The translations under genes and the position numbers were made by a program. Under the pieces are notes generated by a model. That model had not been told where the DNA came from and searched no databases. It saw only the letters and a program-made list of their open reading frames with translations. A stretch of 64,000 bases of DNA from Myxococcota bacterium (GTDB lineage: Bacteria > Myxococcota_A > Polyangia > Nannocystales > Nannocystaceae). Shown piece after piece: positions 37,451-47,725 of the stretch. Position 1 is the stretch's first letter. The number at the start of each line of letters is the position of its first letter. Location: the NCBI GenBank assembly GCA_039028615.1, contig JBCCHT010000003.1, positions 384,001 to 448,000 on the forward strand, written 5' to 3'.

Positions 37451-39721
37451 ATGCACGCGCTTTGGTCCCGGGTTCGCGAGGGTCGTCATGCGGTGGTCGA
37501 GGGCAGCCTTCCCGCGCTGCCGACCACCGAGGAGGGCGAGCCCACCTGGGTCATCGTGCGAGTCGGCCGCGAGGGCCCCTGGTCGACGTGGGGCGCCATC
37601 GAGGGGGCCCGGCGGCGGATCGAAGAGCTGTTCGGCGAGCAGAGCCTGCCCTGGGACCAGGCGGTGGACCGCATGGGCTCCAGCAACCGGCTGCTGGGCG
37701 ACCTGCCCCGGCCGAGCACCGAGGCGACCCTGGTCGGCGCCGCCAATCGTCTCGCCGACCAGCACCCGCAGCGCAGCGCCCTGGTGCTCGAGCAGGTCGA
37801 CGAGGCGGACGAGGCCACGGTGCAGGCGCTGCACGAGATCCTCGGGCGCGAAGGCTGGCTGAGGCTGCCCTTGGTGCTGTGCATCGGGGCCGCGCCCGAG
37901 CAGGGAGCGCTGGCCGAGCTGCTCGCCCGCATCGACGGCGATGCGATCGTGGGCGAGGCCGCGAGCGCCGACGACGACGATGGTTACGAGTGGTCCGGTC
38001 TGCCCGCCGAGCAGCTGATGGTGATGCGCGCCGCGGCGGTGATCGGCCGCAGCTTCGAGACCGAGCTGGTCTCTCGGCTGCTGGGGGTCTCCGAAGACGC
38101 GGTGCTCATGCGCCTGCAGCAGGCGGTCGACCTCGGAGCACCCGTGACCGATCAGGGCGGGGGCCAGTTCGTGATGGCCGACGGTAGTCAGCGCGCGCTG
38201 GTGCGGCGCATTCTGCCGTCGCTGGTCGAGCGCTGGCATCGACGCCTGGGGGCGCTTTTGGCCGAGCCCCCCGATCTGTCCTTCGACATCGACATCGACG
38301 AGCCCCGTGCGGACGAGCCCGGGTTCATCGACGACGAGGTGGTGGTCGAGGTCGACGAAGAGACCGAGGCGGCCACGCCGGGCGAGAGCACGGAGGACGA
38401 CGAGGCCGACTACACCGAGCTCCTCGAGGCTCCCGAGCAGGCGCCGCTACGCGCCCCGAGCCACGACGGCGACGAGGGTGAAGGCGGTGACGATGGCGAG
38501 GAGGAGACCTCCTCCACCATGCGCCTCGAGCCCGAGGATGCCCAGCGCCTGCTCGGCGCCGCTCGGGCGGCGTATCAGGCCCGAGACCAGGCCCGCGCGG
38601 CCCATCACCTCGAAGAGGCGGGCCTGCCCGAGCGGGCCGTCGAGCAGTACCTCGCGGCCTTGCGCACCGTCGCCGCCCGCGGTGACAGCCGCCGCGCCCT
38701 GGTCATCGCCGAGCAAGCGTTGACCTTGCTCGAGCGTCAGCCCGCGTCGAGGGCTCGCGACCTGCTTCATGCTCGCGTGCTGGCCATGATGGCGCGCGTG
38801 CAGTGGCGCGGGGCGGGCGGTGGTTCGTCGCTCACGCTGCAGGGGGCGCTGGAGTCCCTCGACGTGGCCATCGAGCTGCTCGGTCACGAGGCGCCGCTCG
38901 AGCTCGGCACCGAGATCGCCCAGCTCGTGGCGGGCGTCTGCTACGACCTGGGCGACATCTCGTCGCTGCAGCGAGCCTTGGACGCGCTCACCGATGCCGC
39001 TCGCGACCTCATGAATGCGGGCGAGTCGACCCGGGCCGCGCGCCTGCTCAACGACCAGGCCGCCGTGTATCTGCGGGCGGGCGACCCGGTGCGGGCCAAT
39101 CACCTGCTCCAGCAGTCGCGCAGCATCTTCGACGACATGCATCGCAGCAAGCCCGACGATCCCACCGTGATCATCGAGCGGGCCGAGACCGAGCACCTGC
39201 TCGCGCGGCTGCCCCTGCATGCCCGGCTGCGCTCGGGTCGAGAGGACGATGCCTACTCGTTGGCGCTGGGCCATGCTCGGTCGGCGGCCGAGGGCTACAA
39301 GCGGCTCGGGGGGCGAGTCGAGCTCGGTCGCGTGTACGAGAGCATGGGGCGGCTCGAGACCGCGCGGGGGCGCTACGAGCAGGCGGCCAAGCACATCGAC
39401 GCGGCGCTGGAGATCAGTCGGCAGCTCGAGGACGTGACCGGCTTGGCCCGAGGCACCGCGGCACTGGCCGACTTGTATATCGCCGACGAGCGCCCGGCCG
39501 AGGCCCTGGGGGCGCTGAGCGAGTCGGTGGCGTTCAACGTCGAGAAGGGCTCCCCGCTGGGGCTGGCCGTCAATCGTCGCACGATGGATCGCCTGGGCTC
39601 GGCCATCGCCGGGGCCTCGACCGAGCAAGAGCTGACCAAGGCGGTCGAGGAGCTCGATGCCTCGCTGCGCAATGCGGAGTCCATGCTCGGCCGGGTGAGC
39701 GTGCCCGACGAATCGACCTAG
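37451..39721 (+). CDS. Degenerate STAND/AAA-like protein with acidic linker and TPR repeats
   Basis: LVLEQVDEADEAT (Walker B-like), RAAAVIGRSF winged-helix-type motif, AAHHLEEAG, helical repeats. Confidence 0.7.
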   Translation: MHALWSRVREGRHAVVEGSLPALPTTEEGEPTWVIVRVGREGPWSTWGAIEGARRRIEELFGEQSLPWDQAVDRMGSSNRLLGDLPRPSTEATLVGAANRLADQHPQRSALVLEQVDEADEATVQALHEILGREGWLRLPLVLCIGAAPEQGALAELLARIDGDAIVGEAASADDDDGYEWSGLPAEQLMVMRAAAVIGRSFETELVSRLLGVSEDAVLMRLQQAVDLGAPVTDQGGGQFVMADGSQRALVRRILPSLVERWHRRLGALLAEPPDLSFDIDIDEPRADEPGFIDDEVVVEVDEETEAATPGESTEDDEADYTELLEAPEQAPLRAPSHDGDEGEGGDDGEEETSSTMRLEPEDAQRLLGAARAAYQARDQARAAHHLEEAGLPERAVEQYLAALRTVAARGDSRRALVIAEQALTLLERQPASRARDLLHARVLAMMARVQWRGAGGGSSLTLQGALESLDVAIELLGHEAPLELGTEIAQLVAGVCYDLGDISSLQRALDALTDAARDLMNAGESTRAARLLNDQAAVYLRAGDPVRANHLLQQSRSIFDDMHRSKPDDPTVIIERAETEHLLARLPLHARLRSGREDDAYSLALGHARSAAEGYKRLGGRVELGRVYESMGRLETARGRYEQAAKHIDAALEISRQLEDVTGLARGTAALADLYIADERPAEALGALSESVAFNVEKGSPLGLAVNRRTMDRLGSAIAGASTEQELTKAVEELDASLRNAESMLGRVSVPDEST

Positions 39722-39737
39722 CGCCGCCGTCGCGAGG

Positions 39738-42707
39738 TCAGCGAGACGGTTTTTTTGGGGGCGAGGGGACTCCCGGCTTCGCGACGCCGCTGCGCAGGTC
39801 GGCGACCCGCGCCCGAAGCTTGGCGAGATCGAGTTTCAGCTCTGCGCTCCCGGGGCCGTCGTAGCCGTCGATGATCGGGGTGACGGTATCGATCTGCTGC
39901 TCGGCATCGTCGAGCTTGCCTTGCTCGGCCAGGCTGATCGACAAGCGGAGCAGGTTGGCGGCATGGCTGGAGGGGCGGCCCGAGGCCTTCTCGAGGATGC
40001 TCTCGACCCGGCGGGCCGACGCTTCGGCGTCGGCGTACTTGCCTTCTTCCAGGGCGATGTCGGCGAGCATCGTGTGAGCCATGGCCGCTTGGAGGTTCGA
40101 AGGGGCATCCCGTTGAAGCTCGAGGGCGCGTTGGAAGCGGGCGCGGGCCTGCGACCACTGCTTGCGCTGCTTGGCGATCATGCCGCGACAGTGCTGAGAT
40201 TCGGCACGCTGGGGGTGCTCGGGGGGGAGCAGCTCCTCTTCGAGGGCCTCGACTCGATCGAGGTACCGATCGGCTTCGTCGAGCTGGCCCGCCCGGCGGT
40301 GGGTCTCGGCCATCGTGTAGAGCAGGCCGAGGGTGCGAGTGTCTCGGCGGTCACCGTGGCGCTGCAGGGCCTGCTCGGTGACGGCGAGGGCTTCGTCGTA
40401 TCGGCGCAGGCTGAGCAGGGTGCTGCTGCGGTTGAGCATGGAGGAGATCACCCACTGGTGGTCCGGCGCGTAGGCCCGGGTGAACAGCTCCTCCGACTCC
40501 TTCAGCATCTCCACGGCGCGGTCGTAGTCCCCCATGGCCCGCAGGGTGTTTCCGAGGTTCATGGTGGTGCCCGCGACCCGCGGGTGGAAGCGTCCGTGGC
40601 GGGCGATGGCTCGCTCGCGGAGCTCGGCGAGGATGACGGCCCGCTCCGCGTTGCGCCCCATCAGGTTGAGGGTATTGGCCATGTCGGAGGAGAGCTGCCA
40701 GCGCAGCCGCGCGTGCTCGCCCGGGTCTTCGTCGAGGATGGTGCGGGCGCGCTGGCAGGCCGCGAGCGCGACCTCGGGCAGGCGCTGCTTGTTCATCACC
40801 TCGCACTCGACCTGCTGGCGGCGGGCCCGGAGCTCGGCGCTCGGGTCGGTTTGTCGGGCGATGGCCGCGTCGGCGTGGCGGAACCACGTCTCCGCGCGGT
40901 CTCGTTCGTTGTTGCGCGTCTGCGAGGCGGCCTCCAGGGCGCGCACGGCCGAGGCCTCGGCGTCGTCGAGCTCGAGCGCGATGGCGTGGGCCTGCTCGAT
41001 CTGGGGGGAGGCCGTGCCGTGATCGACCGCGTGCTGGGCCCGGGACCATTCCTCCAGGGCTTCGCCCTGTACGCTTCGAATCGCGGCGGCCTCGGCCTCG
41101 TGGGCGACGGCCTCGGCCATGGCCGCGGACTCGGCATGCTCGCCCAGCAGCCGTGCCGCCCGAGCCTGCGCCAGCTGGTCTCTCCACGCGCGAGTGCGAG
41201 GCGAGTCGTCGCGGACCTGCATGCCGGGGTCGCTGCACCGTGCCGGGGAGGGCAGGGCGGCCGCGGCAGAGGGGGCTCGTTGGGCGAGGGCGGCGGTCGC
41301 TCCTTCGAGGCGCACGACCAGCGCCTCCGCGTTCGCGAGGCCATCGCGTAGGCATGCCACGCGACGGTCGAGGTCCTCGGGTGGCGCCGTGGCTTCGATC
41401 CACGTCGAGCGGCAGGCGTCGGTGCGAGCCTCGGCCCACTCCGCGGTGAACTCGTCGAGGGTTCGCTCCACGGTGTCGCGGGTGGTCTCGGCGTAGGGCA
41501 CTGCCGTGTCGGCGAGCGCTCGGGCCACGGCTTGGCGCCGCGTGTCGTTCCAGACCCGTTGCGCCTCCGCTCGCGCGTCTTCGGGATCGCACCGCGCGGT
41601 CGAGGAGGCCGGGTCACCGCGCATGGCGAACCCGATGGCCAATGCGCCCGCCGCCACGCCCAGTGTCGCCGCGAGCAGGCCGGCCCGGCGTCGCGGCGCG
41701 GTGCTGGCCCGAGACAGCGCGGCGAGCAGGTGCTTCATGGAGGGATGGCGACCCGCGGGATTCACCGCCATCGCGCGGCGCAAGACGGTATTCACCGCGC
41801 CCGGAACCGCGGCCACGGCGGGCGGGCTCATCGATCCCTGCTCGATGTCCGCGAGCAGTCCCGGCAGAGAGCTGGCGGTGAACGGCGGCACGCCGTGCAG
41901 CACCTCCCAGGCGCTGACGGCAAAGCAGAACTGATCGCTGCGAAGATCTGCGACCGCGCCGCGATGCTGCTCGGGAGACATGTAGCGCGGCGTCCCCATC
42001 ACCGTCCCCGTGAGCGTCAGGCGGTGATGCGCTGAATCGAGGGGCGGGTCGTCGCCAGGGTCGGTCGAGTGGCGCTCCGGCGAGTCGGTCGTGCTGTCCG
42101 GGGCGCCGATGGACGCGAGCCCGAAGTCGGCCACCTTGACCACCCCGTCCTCGCCCACCAACACGTTGGCCGGCTTGAAGTCTCGATGCACCACCCCGCG
42201 CTCGTGGGCCGCGACCAGGCCTCGGCCCGCGGCCAGCAGCATGGCCAGAGCCCGTCGCCAGCGGCCGGGGTCGTCGGCAGGGTTGCCCTCGGCCCAGCCC
42301 GCGAGCGTGGTGCCGGCCACCAGCTCCATGGCGATGAAGTCCCGGTCTTCCGCGTGCCCGATCTCGAACACCGCGACGAGGTTGGGGTGCTCCACCTGCG
42401 CCATCGCCTGCGCTTCCCGACGCAGGCGCTCGATCTGCACCGACGTCGCGCCGCGATGCAGCAGCTTGAGCGCGACCTTGCGGTCCAGGCGGGGATCGGT
42501 GGACTCGTAGACCTCGCCGAACGCCCCCGCTCCGAGGCGCGGGCCGACCTCGTAGCGACCGAACTTCTCGGTGGTTTGCTCGTGGCCGAAGACCCGGGTG
42601 AGCAACGATGCGAGGCCTCGGCGTCCCGCGAGATCGAGCGGCGCGGCCTCGGGTCGTGCCTCACGGACCGCTCTTGCTTCGAGATCGTCCTCGCTATCCG
42701 CGACCAT
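39738..42707 (-). CDS. Ser/Thr protein kinase with TM and TPR repeats
   Basis: LGAGAFGEVY, VALK, HRDFKPAN, DFG, GTPRYMSPEQ; C-terminal TPRs. Confidence 0.95.
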   Translation of the reverse strand: MVADSEDDLEARAVREARPEAAPLDLAGRRGLASLLTRVFGHEQTTEKFGRYEVGPRLGAGAFGEVYESTDPRLDRKVALKLLHRGATSVQIERLRREAQAMAQVEHPNLVAVFEIGHAEDRDFIAMELVAGTTLAGWAEGNPADDPGRWRRALAMLLAAGRGLVAAHERGVVHRDFKPANVLVGEDGVVKVADFGLASIGAPDSTTDSPERHSTDPGDDPPLDSAHHRLTLTGTVMGTPRYMSPEQHRGAVADLRSDQFCFAVSAWEVLHGVPPFTASSLPGLLADIEQGSMSPPAVAAVPGAVNTVLRRAMAVNPAGRHPSMKHLLAALSRASTAPRRRAGLLAATLGVAAGALAIGFAMRGDPASSTARCDPEDARAEAQRVWNDTRRQAVARALADTAVPYAETTRDTVERTLDEFTAEWAEARTDACRSTWIEATAPPEDLDRRVACLRDGLANAEALVVRLEGATAALAQRAPSAAAALPSPARCSDPGMQVRDDSPRTRAWRDQLAQARAARLLGEHAESAAMAEAVAHEAEAAAIRSVQGEALEEWSRAQHAVDHGTASPQIEQAHAIALELDDAEASAVRALEAASQTRNNERDRAETWFRHADAAIARQTDPSAELRARRQQVECEVMNKQRLPEVALAACQRARTILDEDPGEHARLRWQLSSDMANTLNLMGRNAERAVILAELRERAIARHGRFHPRVAGTTMNLGNTLRAMGDYDRAVEMLKESEELFTRAYAPDHQWVISSMLNRSSTLLSLRRYDEALAVTEQALQRHGDRRDTRTLGLLYTMAETHRRAGQLDEADRYLDRVEALEEELLPPEHPQRAESQHCRGMIAKQRKQWSQARARFQRALELQRDAPSNLQAAMAHTMLADIALEEGKYADAEASARRVESILEKASGRPSSHAANLLRLSISLAEQGKLDDAEQQIDTVTPIIDGYDGPGSAELKLDLAKLRARVADLRSGVAKPGVPSPPKKPSR

Positions 42708-42841
42708 CGGCAGGGCTCGACGGCCACTAGGGTAGCAAGCGTCGGGCTCCTGTCAGCTCGGCGCGAAAGGACGGACGAGCGTGTCGGGGATCAATGGAGC
42801 GCGTGCGCTCGATCGCTCCCCGGGCCCGCGGTGAGCCGGGG

Positions 42842-43843
42842 TCAACGCTGACCGTGGGGCGGCTGACCCGGCTGCGGCGGGTAGCCCTGCTGGGGCTGAC
42901 CGGGCTGCTGGAACCCCTGCGGCTGGCCGGGCTGGGGATAGCCCTGCTGAGGCTGACCGGGCTGCTGGAACCCCTGAGGCTGACCGGGTTGCGGGTAGCC
43001 CTGCTGAGGCTGACCGGGCTGCTGGAACCCCTGGGGCTGACCGGGCTGGGGATAACCCTGCGGCTGGGGCTGACCGGGTTGCTGGAACCCCTGGGGCTGA
43101 CCGGGCTGCGGATAGCCCGGCTGGGGCTGGCCGGGCTGCTGGAATCCGGGCTGGGGCGCCTGCGCGTGGGCCTGCGGAGCTTGGGGCGCGGGCGCGTGAC
43201 CCATCAGCTGCAGCAGATTCGCGCGGGCCTCTGGATCCGGGATGCCCTGCGCGGTGAGGTGAGCGACCGCCCACTCGAGGCGCTGCTCGTGCGGCGCGAC
43301 GACGTTGTTGTTGTACAGCGCAAGCGCCTGTTGGTAGCGCGGGTCGGCGGCCAGGGGATGGTTCGGATCGATCGATGCCGCCTCGTCCTCGTCCTCGTCT
43401 TCGTCGTCGTCGCCCCCGCTCACGAGGCTGAACACGATGAAGCCCACCACCAACACTCCGATCACGATGAGGCCCGGCGGCACCGTGTATGTGAACGGCT
43501 TCTTCAGCTCGTCGATGGAGGAGACACCCGCCGCCTCGGCGATCTTGGCGGGCTCGCCCGTCCAGAACTCGTCGTCGCGGTAGAGCACGAACTCGCCGTC
43601 CCACGACCACAGCTCCACGAAGAACAGACCGAACTGCTCGTACTTGTAGCCCACCGCCACGCCGGGCCCGATCTCCTCCTCGAGCGCCTTGGCCACCTCG
43701 GGGTCGAGGTCGGCGACGTGCGTGATGCTGTCGCCGCTGGTGATGAGCACGAGGCCTCGTTTCCTGGCCTGCGCGTCTCGTTGGGCCAGGAACACGACCA
43801 GCAACGCGACCAAGGGGAGAAGTCGAGCGAGGGGGCGGGGCAT
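42842..43843 (-). CDS. Membrane protein with C-terminal Gln/Pro/Gly repeats
   Basis: Signal peptide (AQA), one TM, acidic patch, five [19 protein letters not shown] units. Confidence 0.75.
   Translation of the reverse strand: MPRPLARLLPLVALLVVFLAQRDAQARKRGLVLITSGDSITHVADLDPEVAKALEEEIGPGVAVGYKYEQFGLFFVELWSWDGEFVLYRDDEFWTGEPAKIAEAAGVSSIDELKKPFTYTVPPGLIVIGVLVVGFIVFSLVSGGDDDEDEDEDEAASIDPNHPLAADPRYQQALALYNNNVVAPHEQRLEWAVAHLTAQGIPDPEARANLLQLMGHAPAPQAPQAHAQAPQPGFQQPGQPQPGYPQPGQPQGFQQPGQPQPQGYPQPGQPQGFQQPGQPQQGYPQPGQPQGFQQPGQPQQGYPQPGQPQGFQQPGQPQQGYPPQPGQPPHGQR
42860..43150 (-). repeat. Coding tandem repeat, 57-60 nt period, about 5 copies
   Basis: g(c/t)tgctggaa recurs at 42904, 42961, 43018, 43078 and 43135. 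Confidence 0.85.
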
Positions 43844-43895
43844 GTCACCAGCGTCTCATGAAACGGGCGGTAGCGCTCGGCCCCACGGCCGCGTG

Positions 43896-43917
43896 TCGGG
43901 GGGCTCGAGCCCCCCGA
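43896..43917. terminator. Perfect 22-bp palindrome downstream of the MATE gene
   Basis: TCGGGGGGCTCGAGCCCCCCGA. Confidence 0.45.
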
Positions 43918-43935
43918 GGCCCTCAGCCTCCGTCG

Positions 43936-45300
43936 TCAGTGGTCGGCGTCGGTGCTGGTACTCGTGGGCTCGAACGAAGCCTTACGGCGGATCCACCACA
44001 CCAACGCGCAGGCTACCGTGGCCAAGCCGAAGCACAGCCCCCACCACAGGCCTTCGAGGCCGAAGTCCCCGAGGGTCGACGCGGCCAGGGCCACGGGCAG
44101 CGCCAGCACGTAGTACGCCACGAGGTTGAAGACGGCGGCGGGGCGAGTGGCCCCGATGCCCCGCAACACGCCACCCCCGACGACCTGGGTGCCATCGAAG
44201 AGCTGGAACGCGGCGGCGATGGGGAGGATGCCCGCCGCGAGCCCGATGACCTCGGCCTCCGGGGTGTACAGCGTCGGCAGCTGCTCGCGCAGCGCCACGA
44301 AGAGCACGGCGCTGAGCACCATCACCCCAGCGCCCAGCGCCAGCGCGATGGTGGCCGAGCGCTTGGCGTCCTCGGTCCGACCGGCCCCCACCAGGTTGCC
44401 CACGCGGGTGGCCGCCCCCTGCGAGATGCCCATGGGGATCATGAACGACAGGGAGGCGAGGTTGAGGACGATGACGTGAGCCGCGAGCTCGGCCTCGCCG
44501 AGCATGCCCGCCATCAGGGTGGCGATGTGGAAGGCCCAGGTCTCGAGCCCATACTGGATGCCGATGGGCGTGCCGTGCTTGACGATCTCGGTGATGCCCG
44601 CGGCCTCGACGGAGGCCCGCGAGGGTCGAACCCAGGCGCCGCGGTGCAGCTTGGCGAAGTAGGTCCAGCCGACCAGGGTGGCCAGCATCACGCAGCGGGT
44701 CAGCCCCGTGGCCAGGCCCGCGCCGCGCAGGCCCATGGCGGGCAGGCCCAGGTGCCCGAAGATCAGCGCCCAGTTGGCGACCACGTTGAACAGGTTGGCC
44801 ACCACCACCGCGACCAGGGCGGGGGCCACGATGCCGCGTCCTTGGAGGTACTGCCGCACGGCAAAGAACCCGAGCAGCGGCCAGAGGCTGAACAGCTGGA
44901 TCTCGACGTACTCGCCCGCGGCCGTGGCCAGGGCCTCGTTTTGCCCGAGCACCGCGAGGCTGGGCGCTGCCCACCACCACGCGGCGGAGATGAGCGGGGT
45001 GACCAGAGCCGCGACGATCAGTCCGTGGTGCAGGGCCAGGGCCACTCGTCGGCCCTGCTTGGCGCCGTGGGCCTGGGTGACCACCGGATCCATGCCCAGC
45101 ACCAGGCCGATGCCGAACACGGCGGTACCCCACGCCCACAGCGAGCCCAGGGCCGCGGCGTCGAGGGCCTCGGTGCCGAGCTGGCCGACCATCATGGTGT
45201 CGACGACGCCGGTCAGCATCACCCCCAGCTGCGTCGCCGCAACGGGCAGGCCCAAGCGCAGCAGCGCTCGAAGCTCGGACGATGAGGTGGCGGCAGCCAT
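43936..45300 (-). CDS. MATE family efflux transporter
   Basis: VDTMMVGQLG, QAHGA, MGLRGAGLAT, RVGNLVGAG, FQLFDG; about 12 TM. Confidence 0.95.
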   Translation of the reverse strand: MAAATSSSELRALLRLGLPVAATQLGVMLTGVVDTMMVGQLGTEALDAAALGSLWAWGTAVFGIGLVLGMDPVVTQAHGAKQGRRVALALHHGLIVAALVTPLISAAWWWAAPSLAVLGQNEALATAAGEYVEIQLFSLWPLLGFFAVRQYLQGRGIVAPALVAVVVANLFNVVANWALIFGHLGLPAMGLRGAGLATGLTRCVMLATLVGWTYFAKLHRGAWVRPSRASVEAAGITEIVKHGTPIGIQYGLETWAFHIATLMAGMLGEAELAAHVIVLNLASLSFMIPMGISQGAATRVGNLVGAGRTEDAKRSATIALALGAGVMVLSAVLFVALREQLPTLYTPEAEVIGLAAGILPIAAAFQLFDGTQVVGGGVLRGIGATRPAAVFNLVAYYVLALPVALAASTLGDFGLEGLWWGLCFGLATVACALVWWIRRKASFEPTSTSTDADH

Positions 45301-45453
45301 CGAACGGCGGACTGTAGCAGCGAACGCCGCCGATGCTCGTCGGACGTGACTTTGATGCGGCTGCGGGAGGCTGCTCGCGGACGGGGGCGGCCGTCGTCCC
45401 CGAACTCGAGGAGCAATCGAAGCACGGCGGGCGGCCGGAGTTCCGGGGCGCCT

Positions 45454-46713
45454 TCAAGGGGTGGAGTCGTCGGGCTCGAGCGCTTGAAGTCGCCCCTGAA
45501 GATAGCGGCGCTCGGTGTCGTTGCTGGCGAGCTCGAGTGCGCTCTCGTAGGCCGCCGCGGCCTCTCGGTCGCGCCCCGCTCGCCGCAGCAGGTCGGCGCG
45601 GGCGGCCGGCAACAAGTGGTAGCCCGAGAGCGTGCCCTCTCGCTCCAGCCGGTCGAGACGGTCGAGACCGACCTCCGGGCCCTCGGCCATGGCGATGGCC
45701 ACCGCACGGTTGAGCTCGACGATCGGCGAGGGCCGATGCTGCGCCAACGCACCGTAGAGCGCCGCGATTTGGGCCCAGTCGGTGTCGGCTGCGGTGCGGG
45801 CCCGACCGTGCAGGGCGGCGATGGCCCCCTGGATCTGGTACGGCCCCGGTCGGTGCAGCGTCATGGCCACATCGAGGTGCTCACAGCCCTGGTGGATCTG
45901 CGCGTGGTCCCACTGCGAGCGGTCTTGTTGCTCGAGCGGGATGAGCTCGTCGTCGGCCCCCACCCGAGCGGTGCGGCGGGCATCGTGCAGCAGCATCAGC
46001 GCGAGCAGCCCGTGCACCTCGGGCTCCTCGGGCATCAGCTCGGTGAGGATCCGGGCGAGGCGGATCGCTTCGCGGCACAGCTCGGCGCGGATCAACGCCT
46101 GCCCGGCCGTCGCGGTGTAGCCCTCGTTGAACACGAGGTAGATCACCGCCAGCACCGAGGCGAGTCGCTCGGGCCACGCGGCGGGGGCCGGGACCTCGTA
46201 GGGGATGCCCGCCTGCTTGATCTTGCGCTTGGCCCGGACCAGGCGCTGGGCCATGGTGGTTTCTTTGGTCAGGAAGGCCCGGGCGATCTCCCCGGTCGAC
46301 AACCCGCCCAGCGTGCTCAGGGTCAGGGCCACGCGGGCATGCTGCGCCAGCGCGGGGTGGCAGCAGGTGAAGACCAGGCGCATGCGCTCGTCGGGCAGCT
46401 CCTGGTCGAGCAGCTCGTCGAGCGCATGCTCGGCCTTGGCCAGCATGCGCAGCTCGTCCTCCCGATCGGAGTGGGTCTTGCGGCGACGGATCCGATCGAG
46501 GGCACGGTTGCGCGCCACCGTGGTCAACCACGCCCCCGGCCGCTGCGGCACGCCTTCCTTGGGCCAGCGCCGCAGCGCGATCGCGAAGGCATCTTGCAGC
46601 ACGTCCTGGGCCAGCTCGAACTCGCCGATGATCCGAATGAGCCCGGACAGCACGCGCCCGGATTCCTCGCGGAAGACGCGATCGATCGTGCCGGACAGGG
46701 CGGTCGAGCTCAT
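45454..46713 (-). CDS. ECF42-type sigma factor with C-terminal TPR extension
   Basis: [44 protein letters not shown]; adjacent DGPF gene. Confidence 0.92.
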   Translation of the reverse strand: MSSTALSGTIDRVFREESGRVLSGLIRIIGEFELAQDVLQDAFAIALRRWPKEGVPQRPGAWLTTVARNRALDRIRRRKTHSDREDELRMLAKAEHALDELLDQELPDERMRLVFTCCHPALAQHARVALTLSTLGGLSTGEIARAFLTKETTMAQRLVRAKRKIKQAGIPYEVPAPAAWPERLASVLAVIYLVFNEGYTATAGQALIRAELCREAIRLARILTELMPEEPEVHGLLALMLLHDARRTARVGADDELIPLEQQDRSQWDHAQIHQGCEHLDVAMTLHRPGPYQIQGAIAALHGRARTAADTDWAQIAALYGALAQHRPSPIVELNRAVAIAMAEGPEVGLDRLDRLEREGTLSGYHLLPAARADLLRRAGRDREAAAAYESALELASNDTERRYLQGRLQALEPDDSTP

Positions 46714-46741
46714 ACGGTGGGGGCCGGAGGGCGTGGCCCGG

Positions 46742-47089
46742 TCACCAGACCATCAGCGGTCGGACCTCGATCGAACCCATGCGGGCGGTCGGGATCTGGG
46801 CCGCCCAGTGCAGGGCCTCGTCGAGGTCCTTGCACTCGAGCAGGTAGTAGCCGCCCAACTGCTCCTTGGTCTCGGCGAAGGGCCCGTCGGTGGTCAGCGT
46901 CTGGCCTTCGCGAATGCGAATGGTGGTCGCGGTGTCGACCGGCTTGAGGGCGTCGCCCGCCACGAACACCCCGGCCTTCTTCACCGCCTCGGTGAACGCG
47001 GTGTAGTCGGCCATGAGCTGCTTCTGCTCCTCGGGGGTGATGGAGTTGCGGTTGTGCTCGGTGTCGTAGATGAGGGCCATGTACTGCAT
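46742..47089 (-). CDS. YciI/DGPF family protein
   Basis: [16 protein letters not shown]...IEVRP; GGAG SD. Confidence 0.93.
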   Translation of the reverse strand: MQYMALIYDTEHNRNSITPEEQKQLMADYTAFTEAVKKAGVFVAGDALKPVDTATTIRIREGQTLTTDGPFAETKEQLGGYYLLECKDLDEALHWAAQIPTARMGSIEVRPLMVW

Positions 47090-47307
47090 GGGGTCGCTCC
47101 GTGAGGGGGGCAAATCGTAGGATGTGTGGTCGCCGAAGCGCGACCGCTCGACCTCACGACGGGTGGAAGTGGCCCAGATCGACAGCCCTGCCGATTTTTT
47201 TCGGCGCCCCGCTCGCAGAAACTGAGCTCCGGGGGGCCGAATGCTCCGAGACCGACATGATTTCAGGAGGTTGGCGGACTACGGGCGCTCGCCCGTCTGA
47301 CCGAGTG

Positions 47308-47694
47308 ATGACCCAACCTGCACAGAAAATCGTCGTCGGCGTGTTCAATCCTGGCGAGTCCGCGGCCGACAACGGGCGCATGGTCCATGCCCTGAAGCTC
47401 GCCAAGGGGCTCATCGACGCGGGCGCCGAGGTGGAGCTGGTCTTCGAGGGCAAGGCGGTGACCTGGCTGCCCCGGCTGACGAACCGCACCGAGGACAGCC
47501 ACCCCTTCGACAAGCACTACGGGCCGGTCTTCGACGCCGTCCGCAGCCGGGTCCGAGCCTGCAACATGTGCTGCAAGCGCTTCGACGTCTACGACGCGGT
47601 CCGTGCCGCCGAGATCCCCATCGTGGGCGAGGGCAAGGACCACATCGACATCGCAGCCTACGTGCTCGACGGCTACCAGGTGATCAACCACTGA
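47308..47694 (+). CDS. DsrE-like family protein
   Basis: ALKLA...VELVFEGKAV...ACNMC...GYQVI pattern. Confidence 0.7.
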   Translation: MTQPAQKIVVGVFNPGESAADNGRMVHALKLAKGLIDAGAEVELVFEGKAVTWLPRLTNRTEDSHPFDKHYGPVFDAVRSRVRACNMCCKRFDVYDAVRAAEIPIVGEGKDHIDIAAYVLDGYQVINH

Positions 47695-47725
47695 CGGGGC
47701 GTGGCCCCGCCGATGGGGATGAGCG

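Noticed and set aside
42860..43150. Regular ~57-nt repeat as a possible CRISPR array
   Set aside because: No unique spacers, period is a multiple of 3, it encodes QPG repeats, and there are no cas genes
45454..47089. ECF-TPR plus DGPF pair as a novel system
   Set aside because: This is the already described ECF42 arrangement
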